Below, piece after piece: positions 27,713 through 36,791 of a DNA stretch of 64,000 bases. How positions within the stretch are numbered: the stretch's first letter is position 1; the number at the start of each line of letters is the position of its first letter. Location: positions 4,897-68,896 of the IMG/VR virus record IMGVR_UViG_3300037222_000038; one strand, given 5' to 3'. Source of the stretch: a virus. Both the position numbers and the translations under genes were made by a program. The notes beneath the pieces are model-generated. The model saw nothing but the letters and a program-made list of their open reading frames with translations, did not search any database and was not told the DNA's origin.

Positions 27713-27951
27713 ACGTTTTTCAGTACGACATGACCGACGAACAGAAGGACAAATTCAAGTCAGACCTGAAGCGTGCCGTTGCCAATCTGTCGCCAGAACA
27801 GCGCGAAGAGATGAGAAACCCGACTCCATTCGTCATCATGGGACATCGCGTCGATGCTCGTGTTGTCAAATTCGGAGACGGAAAGCCCTACGAAAAGACT
27901 CTCATTTTGACGACATCCCCGCAACCAATTCCCCCACCGACTGCGGAGTGA
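27709..27951 (+). CDS. Hypothetical cargo protein
   Basis: ATGA coupled to repeat copy 3; overlaps convergent gene end by 50 bp. Confidence 0.55.
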   Translation: MNVFQYDMTDEQKDKFKSDLKRAVANLSPEQREEMRNPTPFVIMGHRVDARVVKFGDGKPYEKTLILTTSPQPIPPPTAE

Positions 27952-30900
27952 CGCGCATTCCCTTCTTGGCATTCTCGGTGATAACGATCCTCGCCACATC
28001 GGCCGGCGTGTAGCCCAATCGCTTGAACTCCTGCGCCGCCCATTCCCGTTGCACTCGCGAGGCATCGAGTCGTTCCGGGAACTTGTCGGCTTGCTCCTTC
28101 GTGCGGATGCCCTTGGGGCTGGGATTCGACGTGATCGAATGGGCCAGTGAGAGCACGAACTTCTGACGCACTTCAGCGACTTCCTTGGGCACGTCTTTGT
28201 CGCTGTTCTTGAGGGGATTCGGGAAGCTCTGACGCTCTGGTTTTCCGAGGGCGTAATCGGCCATACCCACGGCGTAGGCTTCCAGTTTCAACTTGGCGTC
28301 GAAGCTCCCACCAGTCACGGCGCTCTTGCGGATCGCTGAAATCACGTCCTTGTAGCGGTCCATCTGGCGCAGGTGCTCGGCATCAATCTTCTCTTGATCG
28401 CCCAGCGGTGCCTTCGGCGGCCGAATATGCGTGGCCGTGGCCACCTTCCCCTCAATGTCGCGATGCTGATCGTAGAACTCACTCGTTGAACGCTGGTACA
28501 ACCCTTTGGTCATCTGGCGACGGATAATCGGGAACGTCTGGCGATCGAGATTTCCAGTCAATGCTTTCTCGCCAGTGCCTACGACATCGGAGTACATTGT
28601 GCCGCTCGCCTGATTGAGCAGGTATTCCGTTTTGGCAGGCGAGAGGCCCGCGTATTTCGTGAAGAAGTGGCTCAGGAACTTGCTGGATTCAAGCGTGAAT
28701 GGTCGCGTTCTGTGCTCTGGCGCAATGCCCTTTTCTACCTGCCAGCGGTCGTCAATTGGTCGGCCTGCCCAGTCTTGATTTTGGTGCAACTGGTACATCG
28801 TGCCGATCCCGGCCGACCAGTTTATGGGATTTGAAAAGCTCACCGGAGATAGTTCGCTGACTTCGATTCCCAGCTTTTCCATGACGTGCGGGTCGCGTCG
28901 ATCCACTACGGCATCGAGCAGCCCCTCGATCGCATTGATGAAGATTCCGTAGGCCCGCGGCTTGGCGATTTTGAAGTAGGGAATGCCGTCGTGCGAGAAC
29001 GTCCAGAAGCGATTAGCGATTGCCGGGTCCATGTCCTTGCGGTCGTCGTCATCGTGATTGAACCACCAGTACAAGGCTGCTGCCGTGGCGATAGAGGCCA
29101 ATCCCGCCAGCTTGGGACCGAAGTTCTGCACGTTGCTCGGCTTGCCGGTTATGGCTCGACCGATGCCGCCTCCGAGTTCTCCGACCGTGCTGACTTCCTT
29201 CATCAGACCGGCCATGCGAGCGGTAAAGAACGGCACGAACTTGCCGACTTCCGTAGCGACCGATCCCTTGGGTTTGTAGTTGGTGATGACTTCGTTGTTG
29301 TGCCGCAACATCCCGTTCAAGACAGGACCGGGCGGCGAATCAATCGGGATTCCCGCCGGTGTCAGCCAGCCATTCTTGCCCGCTTCGATGTCCGCAAACG
29401 AGGCATTCTTGTTGACGGTGTATCCTTTGGAGCGGGCATATCCGACCATTTCCGCCAAGCGCACGCCGGAGTCGAGAACCGCCATCCAATCGCGGTAGGC
29501 TTCCATCTTGGGGCCGAGAGATTCCCTGATCGACGTGTACCAGTTGGCCTGTTTCTGTTCGGGCATGAACAGTTTCTGCATGTTCTTGGCGGTCATTCGG
29601 CCAGACCCGAACAGCTTGTCGGAAGCGACAGTGCCAGCCTCTTGGCTTTGTGTGTGGCGCAGGATCATGCCCGCTTTAACTTCCCGTTTGACCAGCCGTT
29701 TGACCAGACCGGGCGTCACGGCACCGATGATGCTCTGTGCCCACTTCGGGGTGACGCCGTGGAAGTCTTCGTAGGCCATTGCCGCTGCCAGGCGGGCGAT
29801 ATTTCCCAGCGGGGCGTAGAACCGCTCGGCAGCGCCGGTGTAGTTGCTCTGAAGCAGGAATCCCATGTAGTCCATCGGGAATAATGCCGCGACGGCCGTG
29901 GGATTCATCCCCACGGTGATTGATTGCAGCGGCCCGGTGATCTTGTGCCGGAATCCATCGGCGATCGCCGTGTAGAGCATCGAGTAAATTTCGGCATCGC
30001 CCATGTTTCTCATGCCGCGCATGGCTCGCCACAACGAGTCATCTTTGATCTGGACCCAGATATCTTTACCGTCCAGATGTATGAACATAATGTGCTCTTT
30101 TTCGCTCGTTCCAAAGTCCGGTTTCCAGAACTGGATCGCTTCCCGCAGACTGCGCACGTCGTGAGTTGCGTGCTTCAAGGCAGTCTCGTCTCTAGTTCCG
30201 TAGAGGGCTTCGAGTCGCTTCAAGGCCGACTGGCTGATGCCGCCACGTCGAAGTTCTGCCACATCCTTGATAAGCTGCCCTTCGGCGGGGTCCATCAGGG
30301 GCTTGATTGTCTTGCCGTTCTTGTCCTTGTCGGTGGTCAACTGGTCGATGATCTTGCCGAGATTCGATTCGGTCATCTTCGACTTGGGATCGACTTGTGT
30401 AATGATGTCGCCCATGCCGTCGATGCCTCCCAGACTCGGAAGCAACCGGCGCAGGAACGACCAGGCCATTGTCGCCTTGACAGCCATGCGGTTTGAATCG
30501 GCAGTGGCTTTGACAATTGCCTCTTCGAGCGGCAGGTACTGGTCGGTCGATCCTTTTTCGCTCATGCGCTTGGCGGTGCCCTTGACGTTCAGGAACCCGG
30601 ATGGTCCACCCATGATCCGATTGACGACGTTATCGACGCCGTAGCTCTTGGTGCGGATGCGGGGCATGTAGTATTTGAGCGGCGACTTGACGATGCGGTC
30701 GTGCTCTGCCCAGTCCCTCACGCCGGCCGTGGTTTCCTTCTCTTGTAAGGCATGGAAATACTCGGTCATGTCGAGAGCAGCTTGCTCGAATCGTGCGAGT
30801 TTTGCCTTGTCTTTCCCGACTTCGGCGAGCAGGTCTTTGTACTCTTGCTCGGTGCGGCCAGGCGTGTATCCCGGCACACGGGCGATGCGATCAAGGCCGT

Positions 30901-33900
30901 CGAGTGCGTCGTAGGTGGCCTTGAATTCATCGACTTCATCGGGATTGATCGTCTTCCAGATTTCCTGCATCGACTTCGACAGTTTCTTGCCGTTGATCGT
31001 GTGCACCCCGTAGGCCAGATCGTGTTTGGTGTGGTTGTAATCGCTGCCCGTCAGGCGGTTCCAGAGGTTGTAGAACAGTTCGGGATCGACGCCTTTCTTG
31101 ATGTCGGCCGCTTTCACGACTTTGAGCATCCGGTCTTCGGCGTTGTGCATCTTTTCGAGATAATGCTGCGACCAAGTGTTCCACTTGTCTTTGACGGTAT
31201 CCCAGAATCCTTTGTCTTTCTCCAAGTCGATGATCGGCTGTGCCTGCAACTGCTGCGAGAGCACCACGTCGAGAGGATTTCGTTCCCGCAGCGTGTCGAT
31301 CATCTGGCGGGCGTCATCGACTTTCTTCTTCAGGTCGGCATCGCTGGCCAACAGCTTCTCAAATTCAGCAAGCGTTTCCTTTGCTTTGGTCGGCGCGTCG
31401 TCCAGCGTTAGGTAGTGCCGCATGAACTCAGCAAACCCTTCGTCGAGGCTCGCGCCCTTGGGGTCCAGTGCCAAGAGTTCCGTCATCGCAGCGACGTTGC
31501 TCGTGCCTGCAATCTTATTGATGATCTTGTGCGTGTGTTGGATCGCGTGGCCGATTTCGTGCGTCATCACGACGACGTTCGACCACAAATCGGAGGCCAG
31601 TCGAATCACCTTGTCGGCAGTGTTAAACTGGCCTGCGTGGCCGGGCTTGACGCGACCGCGAAATGTCGGAATCTCGAACAGTTTGCCGATGGAATCGACG
31701 ACTTCGCGTTCATTCAGGGGCGTTGATTGTGGGGCTGCCTTCTGTGCTGGCGCGAGCGGCGACGGCTTGCCTTTGAAGGGGTGAATCTTGCCGGGCGTCT
31801 CATCCGGCTTCGCGGATTCCGCTGCCTTAGTCGCTGTCGGTTTCGTCTCCATGACGACGGGCTTCGGTTCGGGAGTCTTTTCGGCAGGCGCAGGCTCGTA
31901 TTTCGCCAGTTCCTCTTGAACCTGCGGTCTTGTCAGTGAATCAACCTTTTCGGTGGCCTTGCGTTGACTGACTCCGCGAGACAGCATCTTTCTTCGGAGC
32001 TTCGCGCGTTCGTCGTTTTCCTCTGCGACAGCAGCGTTATCAATCTCAGGAGCCTTTGTTTCCGGTTCCTTTGGTGTCTCTTTCGTGGCTTCCTGTGGTA
32101 CGCTCTCGGCGACAGGCTGCCTGAATGGGTTTTGTGCCGTTGGGCCTTTTGGCGTAACAGGCTCCGGAGGATTCGCTTCGATGGGCTTAGGGGTTCTCGA
32201 CCAATCAGACACATCTCCTCGCACGGCCCGGATGATCCGTAGCTTCTCGTCGTGCGGCATGTCTAGCGGGATTTTTCCAGCAATCTCCACATCGCTGAAT
32301 CCTCTCCCGGCGAGTCTCACGATTGCTTCATATATCCCAATTTCCTCGGCTCGATTCACATCGGCCAACATCCCGGATTCTGTCGTATTCAGCGGCTGCT
32401 CGACGGGTGCGATTTGGGCCGCGCTCGGAATAATTCCGGCGCTTTCCGGGACTTTTTCCGAGGTCGCAACTGGTTTGTTTTCAGGTACTTGCGGATTATG
32501 GCTCGGAATAATTCCGGCGGAATTCTGATTTATTCCGGCGCTTTTTTCCGGCGCTGTCATTGGCCGAAACGTCTCCATCAGCTTGGGCGTGGGATTCTCC
32601 TTGAACCGCCATTCTCCCTGTTTGCCCGTCTTCTTTCCGCCAGCATCCTCGAACAACTGCTTCAGTCCGCTGGTTGCCCCGTTGACGTACCAGTAGGTCT
32701 GTTTCCCAGATTCCTTCGTGCGGATATTCAGGCCATTATCGGTCAGCCACTTCTGCTCGGCGACTTCCTTGTGAATCACGTCCTGCGGCAACGGACCTTC
32801 CTGCGCTACTGCCGGTTGTTGCCCTTGCGGTTCGGGCGTCGGAGCCGGGGGCGTGGCTTGGGCCTCTTGTGCAACAGGCTCTGGAGCAGCGTTCGGAGGC
32901 AGTGGCACCGTCGCATCATGCGTCTCCGGTGGAGTTTCAGGGGCTTGTTGGACTTCCGGGCGTGCGTTTGGCGCAGGTTCGGACGCTGCGGGCGGCTGTT
33001 CGGGCGTCTGGACGACTGCGTTCGCTGGTGGGGCTTGTGGAGCGTTTGGCTGGGGCTGGCCGCTGGGGTTCTGGGGGGTTATCAGTGTCGAACTCCGGCC
33101 ATCCCGGTTGTCGATGTCGGCCTGCCCCCTATTTACGTGTCGGACACCGGCGAGTTCAGCCTGCCTTTCCTCTGGCGTAAGTGCCTTGATTTGCTCGGGA
33201 GTAAGTCCGGATTGTGCCCAATCCTGCTTCTGTTGTTCTCGATTCTGGTTGTGGCTGTGAACCGCATTCGGTCCCGCAATTGCGCCGCCCGTCAATCCGC
33301 CAACGGCAGCCGCCTCAACCACCCCTTCGAGCAATTGGTTCCAGCCCTTGATGCCGTGCATAGCGGCATTGCCGTTCTGGATGATCTGGTTTATGCCTTC
33401 TTCGGCAGCTTCTTGACCGCCGTTGACGAGCATGTGCCAGAGGCCATTCTTGATCGCTTTTTTGACGGTTGTGGCCTCGGCGAGAGCGCCCCAACCCTTC
33501 TTCCACGGCACGAATTCTGTGAGCACTTCGGCAGCGGCATTGACCCCTGCGTATCCGTGTGCCTGCGCTCCCGTGATGCCGTGGTCAGCAGCCTCTTTCA
33601 GTCCATCGTCGTATCCCCGAAGTCCCATCGCGGTCATATACTTGATCGGCCCTAGCCCCTTGCCGATTGACATGATTTCCGAGAGTCCCTGAACTGTTCC
33701 GGAAACTAGCCTCTCGGCCAGCGGCGTTGCGTGTCCGAACTTCTTCTGATATTCGCGCTCCACGTCCTGATTGATCTGTGAAATCTCTCCGGAAACGTCG
33801 GTTCCCGTGGCCAAATTAAGTGGCATCGCGGCGATTTGTGCCATGCTTCCGCCAGCCTGTGCTAATCCACGAAACACCGGATTAGTTGCCAGCCAAGGAG

Positions 33901-34150
33901 GGGTCGGAGAGAACTGGAATTCGGCGGCGCGAGTCTGTTCGTTGAGTTGCGTCTGCCTCTGCGGGGTTACTCCGTATGGCTGCTGGCCGGTGATCGGCTG
34001 TTGCACCTTGACGCCCCGCGACTCAAGAATGGCGTCGATGTCAGCCGTGGGAGACTGCTGTTGTTGAGGCTGCGCGGGCTGATCGGGATTGACGCCGCGA
34101 GAGGCCAGAATCGAGTCGATATCGGCGACAGGAGAAAGCAGTTGAGACAT
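27902..34150 (-). CDS. Large polyvalent internal virion/ejection protein with zincin-like motif and LPD38-like C-terminus
   Basis: 2082 aa, last gene of structural operon; HEIGH...EGFAEF; NHDDDD...RFW...KIAKP. Confidence 0.7.
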   Translation of the reverse strand: MSQLLSPVADIDSILASRGVNPDQPAQPQQQQSPTADIDAILESRGVKVQQPITGQQPYGVTPQRQTQLNEQTRAAEFQFSPTPPWLATNPVFRGLAQAGGSMAQIAAMPLNLATGTDVSGEISQINQDVEREYQKKFGHATPLAERLVSGTVQGLSEIMSIGKGLGPIKYMTAMGLRGYDDGLKEAADHGITGAQAHGYAGVNAAAEVLTEFVPWKKGWGALAEATTVKKAIKNGLWHMLVNGGQEAAEEGINQIIQNGNAAMHGIKGWNQLLEGVVEAAAVGGLTGGAIAGPNAVHSHNQNREQQKQDWAQSGLTPEQIKALTPEERQAELAGVRHVNRGQADIDNRDGRSSTLITPQNPSGQPQPNAPQAPPANAVVQTPEQPPAASEPAPNARPEVQQAPETPPETHDATVPLPPNAAPEPVAQEAQATPPAPTPEPQGQQPAVAQEGPLPQDVIHKEVAEQKWLTDNGLNIRTKESGKQTYWYVNGATSGLKQLFEDAGGKKTGKQGEWRFKENPTPKLMETFRPMTAPEKSAGINQNSAGIIPSHNPQVPENKPVATSEKVPESAGIIPSAAQIAPVEQPLNTTESGMLADVNRAEEIGIYEAIVRLAGRGFSDVEIAGKIPLDMPHDEKLRIIRAVRGDVSDWSRTPKPIEANPPEPVTPKGPTAQNPFRQPVAESVPQEATKETPKEPETKAPEIDNAAVAEENDERAKLRRKMLSRGVSQRKATEKVDSLTRPQVQEELAKYEPAPAEKTPEPKPVVMETKPTATKAAESAKPDETPGKIHPFKGKPSPLAPAQKAAPQSTPLNEREVVDSIGKLFEIPTFRGRVKPGHAGQFNTADKVIRLASDLWSNVVVMTHEIGHAIQHTHKIINKIAGTSNVAAMTELLALDPKGASLDEGFAEFMRHYLTLDDAPTKAKETLAEFEKLLASDADLKKKVDDARQMIDTLRERNPLDVVLSQQLQAQPIIDLEKDKGFWDTVKDKWNTWSQHYLEKMHNAEDRMLKVVKAADIKKGVDPELFYNLWNRLTGSDYNHTKHDLAYGVHTINGKKLSKSMQEIWKTINPDEVDEFKATYDALDGLDRIARVPGYTPGRTEQEYKDLLAEVGKDKAKLARFEQAALDMTEYFHALQEKETTAGVRDWAEHDRIVKSPLKYYMPRIRTKSYGVDNVVNRIMGGPSGFLNVKGTAKRMSEKGSTDQYLPLEEAIVKATADSNRMAVKATMAWSFLRRLLPSLGGIDGMGDIITQVDPKSKMTESNLGKIIDQLTTDKDKNGKTIKPLMDPAEGQLIKDVAELRRGGISQSALKRLEALYGTRDETALKHATHDVRSLREAIQFWKPDFGTSEKEHIMFIHLDGKDIWVQIKDDSLWRAMRGMRNMGDAEIYSMLYTAIADGFRHKITGPLQSITVGMNPTAVAALFPMDYMGFLLQSNYTGAAERFYAPLGNIARLAAAMAYEDFHGVTPKWAQSIIGAVTPGLVKRLVKREVKAGMILRHTQSQEAGTVASDKLFGSGRMTAKNMQKLFMPEQKQANWYTSIRESLGPKMEAYRDWMAVLDSGVRLAEMVGYARSKGYTVNKNASFADIEAGKNGWLTPAGIPIDSPPGPVLNGMLRHNNEVITNYKPKGSVATEVGKFVPFFTARMAGLMKEVSTVGELGGGIGRAITGKPSNVQNFGPKLAGLASIATAAALYWWFNHDDDDRKDMDPAIANRFWTFSHDGIPYFKIAKPRAYGIFINAIEGLLDAVVDRRDPHVMEKLGIEVSELSPVSFSNPINWSAGIGTMYQLHQNQDWAGRPIDDRWQVEKGIAPEHRTRPFTLESSKFLSHFFTKYAGLSPAKTEYLLNQASGTMYSDVVGTGEKALTGNLDRQTFPIIRRQMTKGLYQRSTSEFYDQHRDIEGKVATATHIRPPKAPLGDQEKIDAEHLRQMDRYKDVISAIRKSAVTGGSFDAKLKLEAYAVGMADYALGKPERQSFPNPLKNSDKDVPKEVAEVRQKFVLSLAHSITSNPSPKGIRTKEQADKFPERLDASRVQREWAAQEFKRLGYTPADVARIVITENAKKGMRVTPQSVGELVAGMSSK

Positions 34151-34160
34151 GGGATTCCTG

Positions 34161-35669
34161 TTAGGAACTTGATCCCAGAATCATCCTTGCTTTCCTGAGT
34201 GCAAGCAGGTCTTCTGTGGACCATCGGTTGAGGTCGGGATGCTGCTGGGCGTGGTGCATAACCGCTTCTGCCCACGGCCTGTCACGATTCATATTGCTCT
34301 GGTCGTTGGGATTGGCGGCTGGTTGTGCCTGTTGCGGTTGTCCCTGCGGATTCTGGGGAGTGACTTGCGGCTGACCGTTGGCGACAGGTGCCTGCGGCGC
34401 TGGAGCGGGGATGCCTGCGGGAGGTGGCTGAGCGCCGCCAGCGGGAGCCGCTTGCGGTCCAACGCCACGTTGCGGGAGCTTGGCCTTATCCGCCTCAACC
34501 CTAGCCTTTCCGGCCGCTCTGTTTTGAGCATGTTCCTGCATCATTTCCTGAGAGACTTGCTGATACATCGCCTCTCGCCATCCGGGTTGATTCACGCTAT
34601 CATCTTTATCCATCAATCCGGCATGCCACCGGTTTTCAACCTCAGCTTTGATTTCCCTTGGACTCGGGGGAGCTTCCAGCGCAGTTGCCATCTTCTCGGC
34701 TTTGTAGCCAGCTTCAAGCACCTCCATGTCCTGTTTGGCTTCGTCATTCGCACGCGAACCACCACCAGCCACGTCGCCGGGCCTGATGATCTTGCTTTCC
34801 CACTGTTGAGTTTTCTTGTTTAATTGAACTGGAATCGCCCCGGCCGATGGTGTATCGGAATAGATTTGTGACGGTTCGGTCGCATTTGGCTGATACCAAA
34901 CAGTGCCCTGTGCAAACTGCTGCGAAGGGCTTACTGGAGGCGGCTTGCCGGGATTCGAATAGATATTCGATAGTGCCGTCATGGCCTGCTTGACGGCCGG
35001 CATGACCGATGCCGTCGTGGCCGTGCCAGCGCCTTCCGTTGGTCCAACTGCCGACTGCGCCGCCTGCAAAGTCTGTTGGTGCGTCTGGATTTGCTGTTGC
35101 TGGGCGTCGGTGTAGCTCGACCCGTCTTGTGTGGCTTGCTGCTGAATCTGCTGCAAGCGTTTCTGGTACGACCCGTCCTGAAACTGGCCCATCATCTGCT
35201 GGTCGCTGTTGAACTGCGCCATCTGCTGCTGGTTCGACAGTTGCCCCTGCTGCTGAAGCGTGATTTGTGCGGCCTGATTGTCGGCCTGTTGCTGGGCTTG
35301 CTGGGCAGACAACTGCTGCTGTTCGGCGGCGTCTTGCGTGCTCTGCTGGCTGCCGAGATAGGAACGCAGCATCTGCTGCTGGGCGTCAGCTTGCGTACCG
35401 AGTTGCGATTGAAAGGCTTGGTTCTGCTGCTGATACGCGGCCTGCACCGGCATCTGCTGCATCTGAAAGTTCTGCTGGTTTTGCTGCATCTGCGCGTCTT
35501 GCGCAGCCTGCGCCATGGCCATCAGCCGCGAGTTCTGAATCTGCGCGGCGGTTTGCCATTGTTGCGTCAGAAGCTGATTGGCGTTTTGGGCGTACTGCCC
35601 CTGTCCCGCAAGAAGCGAAGAACCGGCGACGAGGCCGGCGGCTGGCTGATAGCTGATATTTATGGGCAT
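34161..35669 (-). CDS. Gln-rich internal virion (ejection) protein
   Basis: Q/A-rich helical, position before largest ORF. Confidence 0.65.
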   Translation of the reverse strand: MPINISYQPAAGLVAGSSLLAGQGQYAQNANQLLTQQWQTAAQIQNSRLMAMAQAAQDAQMQQNQQNFQMQQMPVQAAYQQQNQAFQSQLGTQADAQQQMLRSYLGSQQSTQDAAEQQQLSAQQAQQQADNQAAQITLQQQGQLSNQQQMAQFNSDQQMMGQFQDGSYQKRLQQIQQQATQDGSSYTDAQQQQIQTHQQTLQAAQSAVGPTEGAGTATTASVMPAVKQAMTALSNIYSNPGKPPPVSPSQQFAQGTVWYQPNATEPSQIYSDTPSAGAIPVQLNKKTQQWESKIIRPGDVAGGGSRANDEAKQDMEVLEAGYKAEKMATALEAPPSPREIKAEVENRWHAGLMDKDDSVNQPGWREAMYQQVSQEMMQEHAQNRAAGKARVEADKAKLPQRGVGPQAAPAGGAQPPPAGIPAPAPQAPVANGQPQVTPQNPQGQPQQAQPAANPNDQSNMNRDRPWAEAVMHHAQQHPDLNRWSTEDLLALRKARMILGSSS

Positions 35670-35678
35670 CGACTTACC

Positions 35679-36782
35679 TTATCCTCGACGCATGTTATTC
35701 CACGCGGGATGTCGCATGGTGTTCGCGCCGAGCGCTCCCGGCACGGGAGTCGCCCCGCCATACGTGAGTCCGCTGTCCGTTGTGCCACCCATCGCCCCGC
35801 CGTATGTGAGTCCGCTGTCCGTTGTGCCACCCATCGCCCCGCCGTATGTGAGTCCGCTGTCCGTTGTGCCACCCATCGCCCCGCCGATCTGTGCCGCCGC
35901 TGGACCTGTCGGTGTCTGTGCCGTGTCCATTCCGGTCGGCGCAGCAGCCGGTGATCCCCCCTGCATCTGTGGTTGGTTCCACCAATTCGTGGGGTTCTGT
36001 GCCGTGCCGTTGGGGTTCGCGGCATTGAAGTTTTGCAGGTTCTGCTGCGACTGAAACGGGTTGCTGCTGGGCTGATTCTGGCCTGCGCCAGCTTGCGTTG
36101 GAGAGTATCCACCACTCCCGTTCGGAGTCATTCCGGCCGATGGATTACCCGTGGAACCGAACTGCGATCCTTGTGCCGCGGCATTGGTTCCCAAGCCGTT
36201 CGCACCCGTCCCGGCGAGGTTCTGCATGAACTGGTTGCGGGCATCGTTGGCAGCCTGCATGTTGGAATCGAACGGCGACGGGGGCGTCGAAGAACCGGGA
36301 GTTGACGCTGCCGGACTTGACGGAGACTGTGCCGTGTTCTGTGCGAGTGCTGGCGACGGTTGCGGTGTCGGGCTGGCGGGGGATGCCGTGGGACTTGCCG
36401 GTGATTGCGACGTGTTCTGCGCCAATGCTCCCATGCCGTTTGTCGGAGAGGGGGGGCTGCTCGGCGAAGGTGCCATGCCGCCCGGTCCTGCGGGACTCAT
36501 CTGACCGGGAGGCGAACCGAATCCAGCCGGCGTACCACCCGTGGATGAGTAGCCGCCCTGTCCGGGAAGCTGCGACATGCCGCCCCCGAACATGGCATTA
36601 CGTCCCATGGGAGGCATGGCCGTCGTCCAGCCGCCCCCATTCGGTGCCGTGTACGTCGGTGGCTGGCTTGGCTGCTGCTGCTGATAGGTGTAGTCGCCGG
36701 GCATTCCCGGCACGGGAGTCACCCCGCCGTATGTGAGTCCGCTGCCAGTCATACCGCCCATCGCTTGATTGAGAATCGACAT
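35679..36782 (-). CDS. G/P/S-rich low-complexity virion protein
   Basis: 367 aa with 14-aa tandem repeats. Confidence 0.65.
   Translation of the reverse strand: MSILNQAMGGMTGSGLTYGGVTPVPGMPGDYTYQQQQPSQPPTYTAPNGGGWTTAMPPMGRNAMFGGGMSQLPGQGGYSSTGGTPAGFGSPPGQMSPAGPGGMAPSPSSPPSPTNGMGALAQNTSQSPASPTASPASPTPQPSPALAQNTAQSPSSPAASTPGSSTPPSPFDSNMQAANDARNQFMQNLAGTGANGLGTNAAAQGSQFGSTGNPSAGMTPNGSGGYSPTQAGAGQNQPSSNPFQSQQNLQNFNAANPNGTAQNPTNWWNQPQMQGGSPAAAPTGMDTAQTPTGPAAAQIGGAMGGTTDSGLTYGGAMGGTTDSGLTYGGAMGGTTDSGLTYGGATPVPGALGANTMRHPAWNNMRRG
35752..35886 (-). repeat. 42-bp coding tandem repeat, about 3 copies (GGAMGGTTDSGLTY)
   Basis: cgccccgccgtatgtgagtccgctgtccgttgtgccacccat units. Confidence 0.9.
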
Positions 36783-36791
36783 GGTTGATCC

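Noticed and set aside
35752-35886. 42-bp repeats as CRISPR or iterons
   Set aside because: Directly tandem with no spacers, in frame within a CDS.
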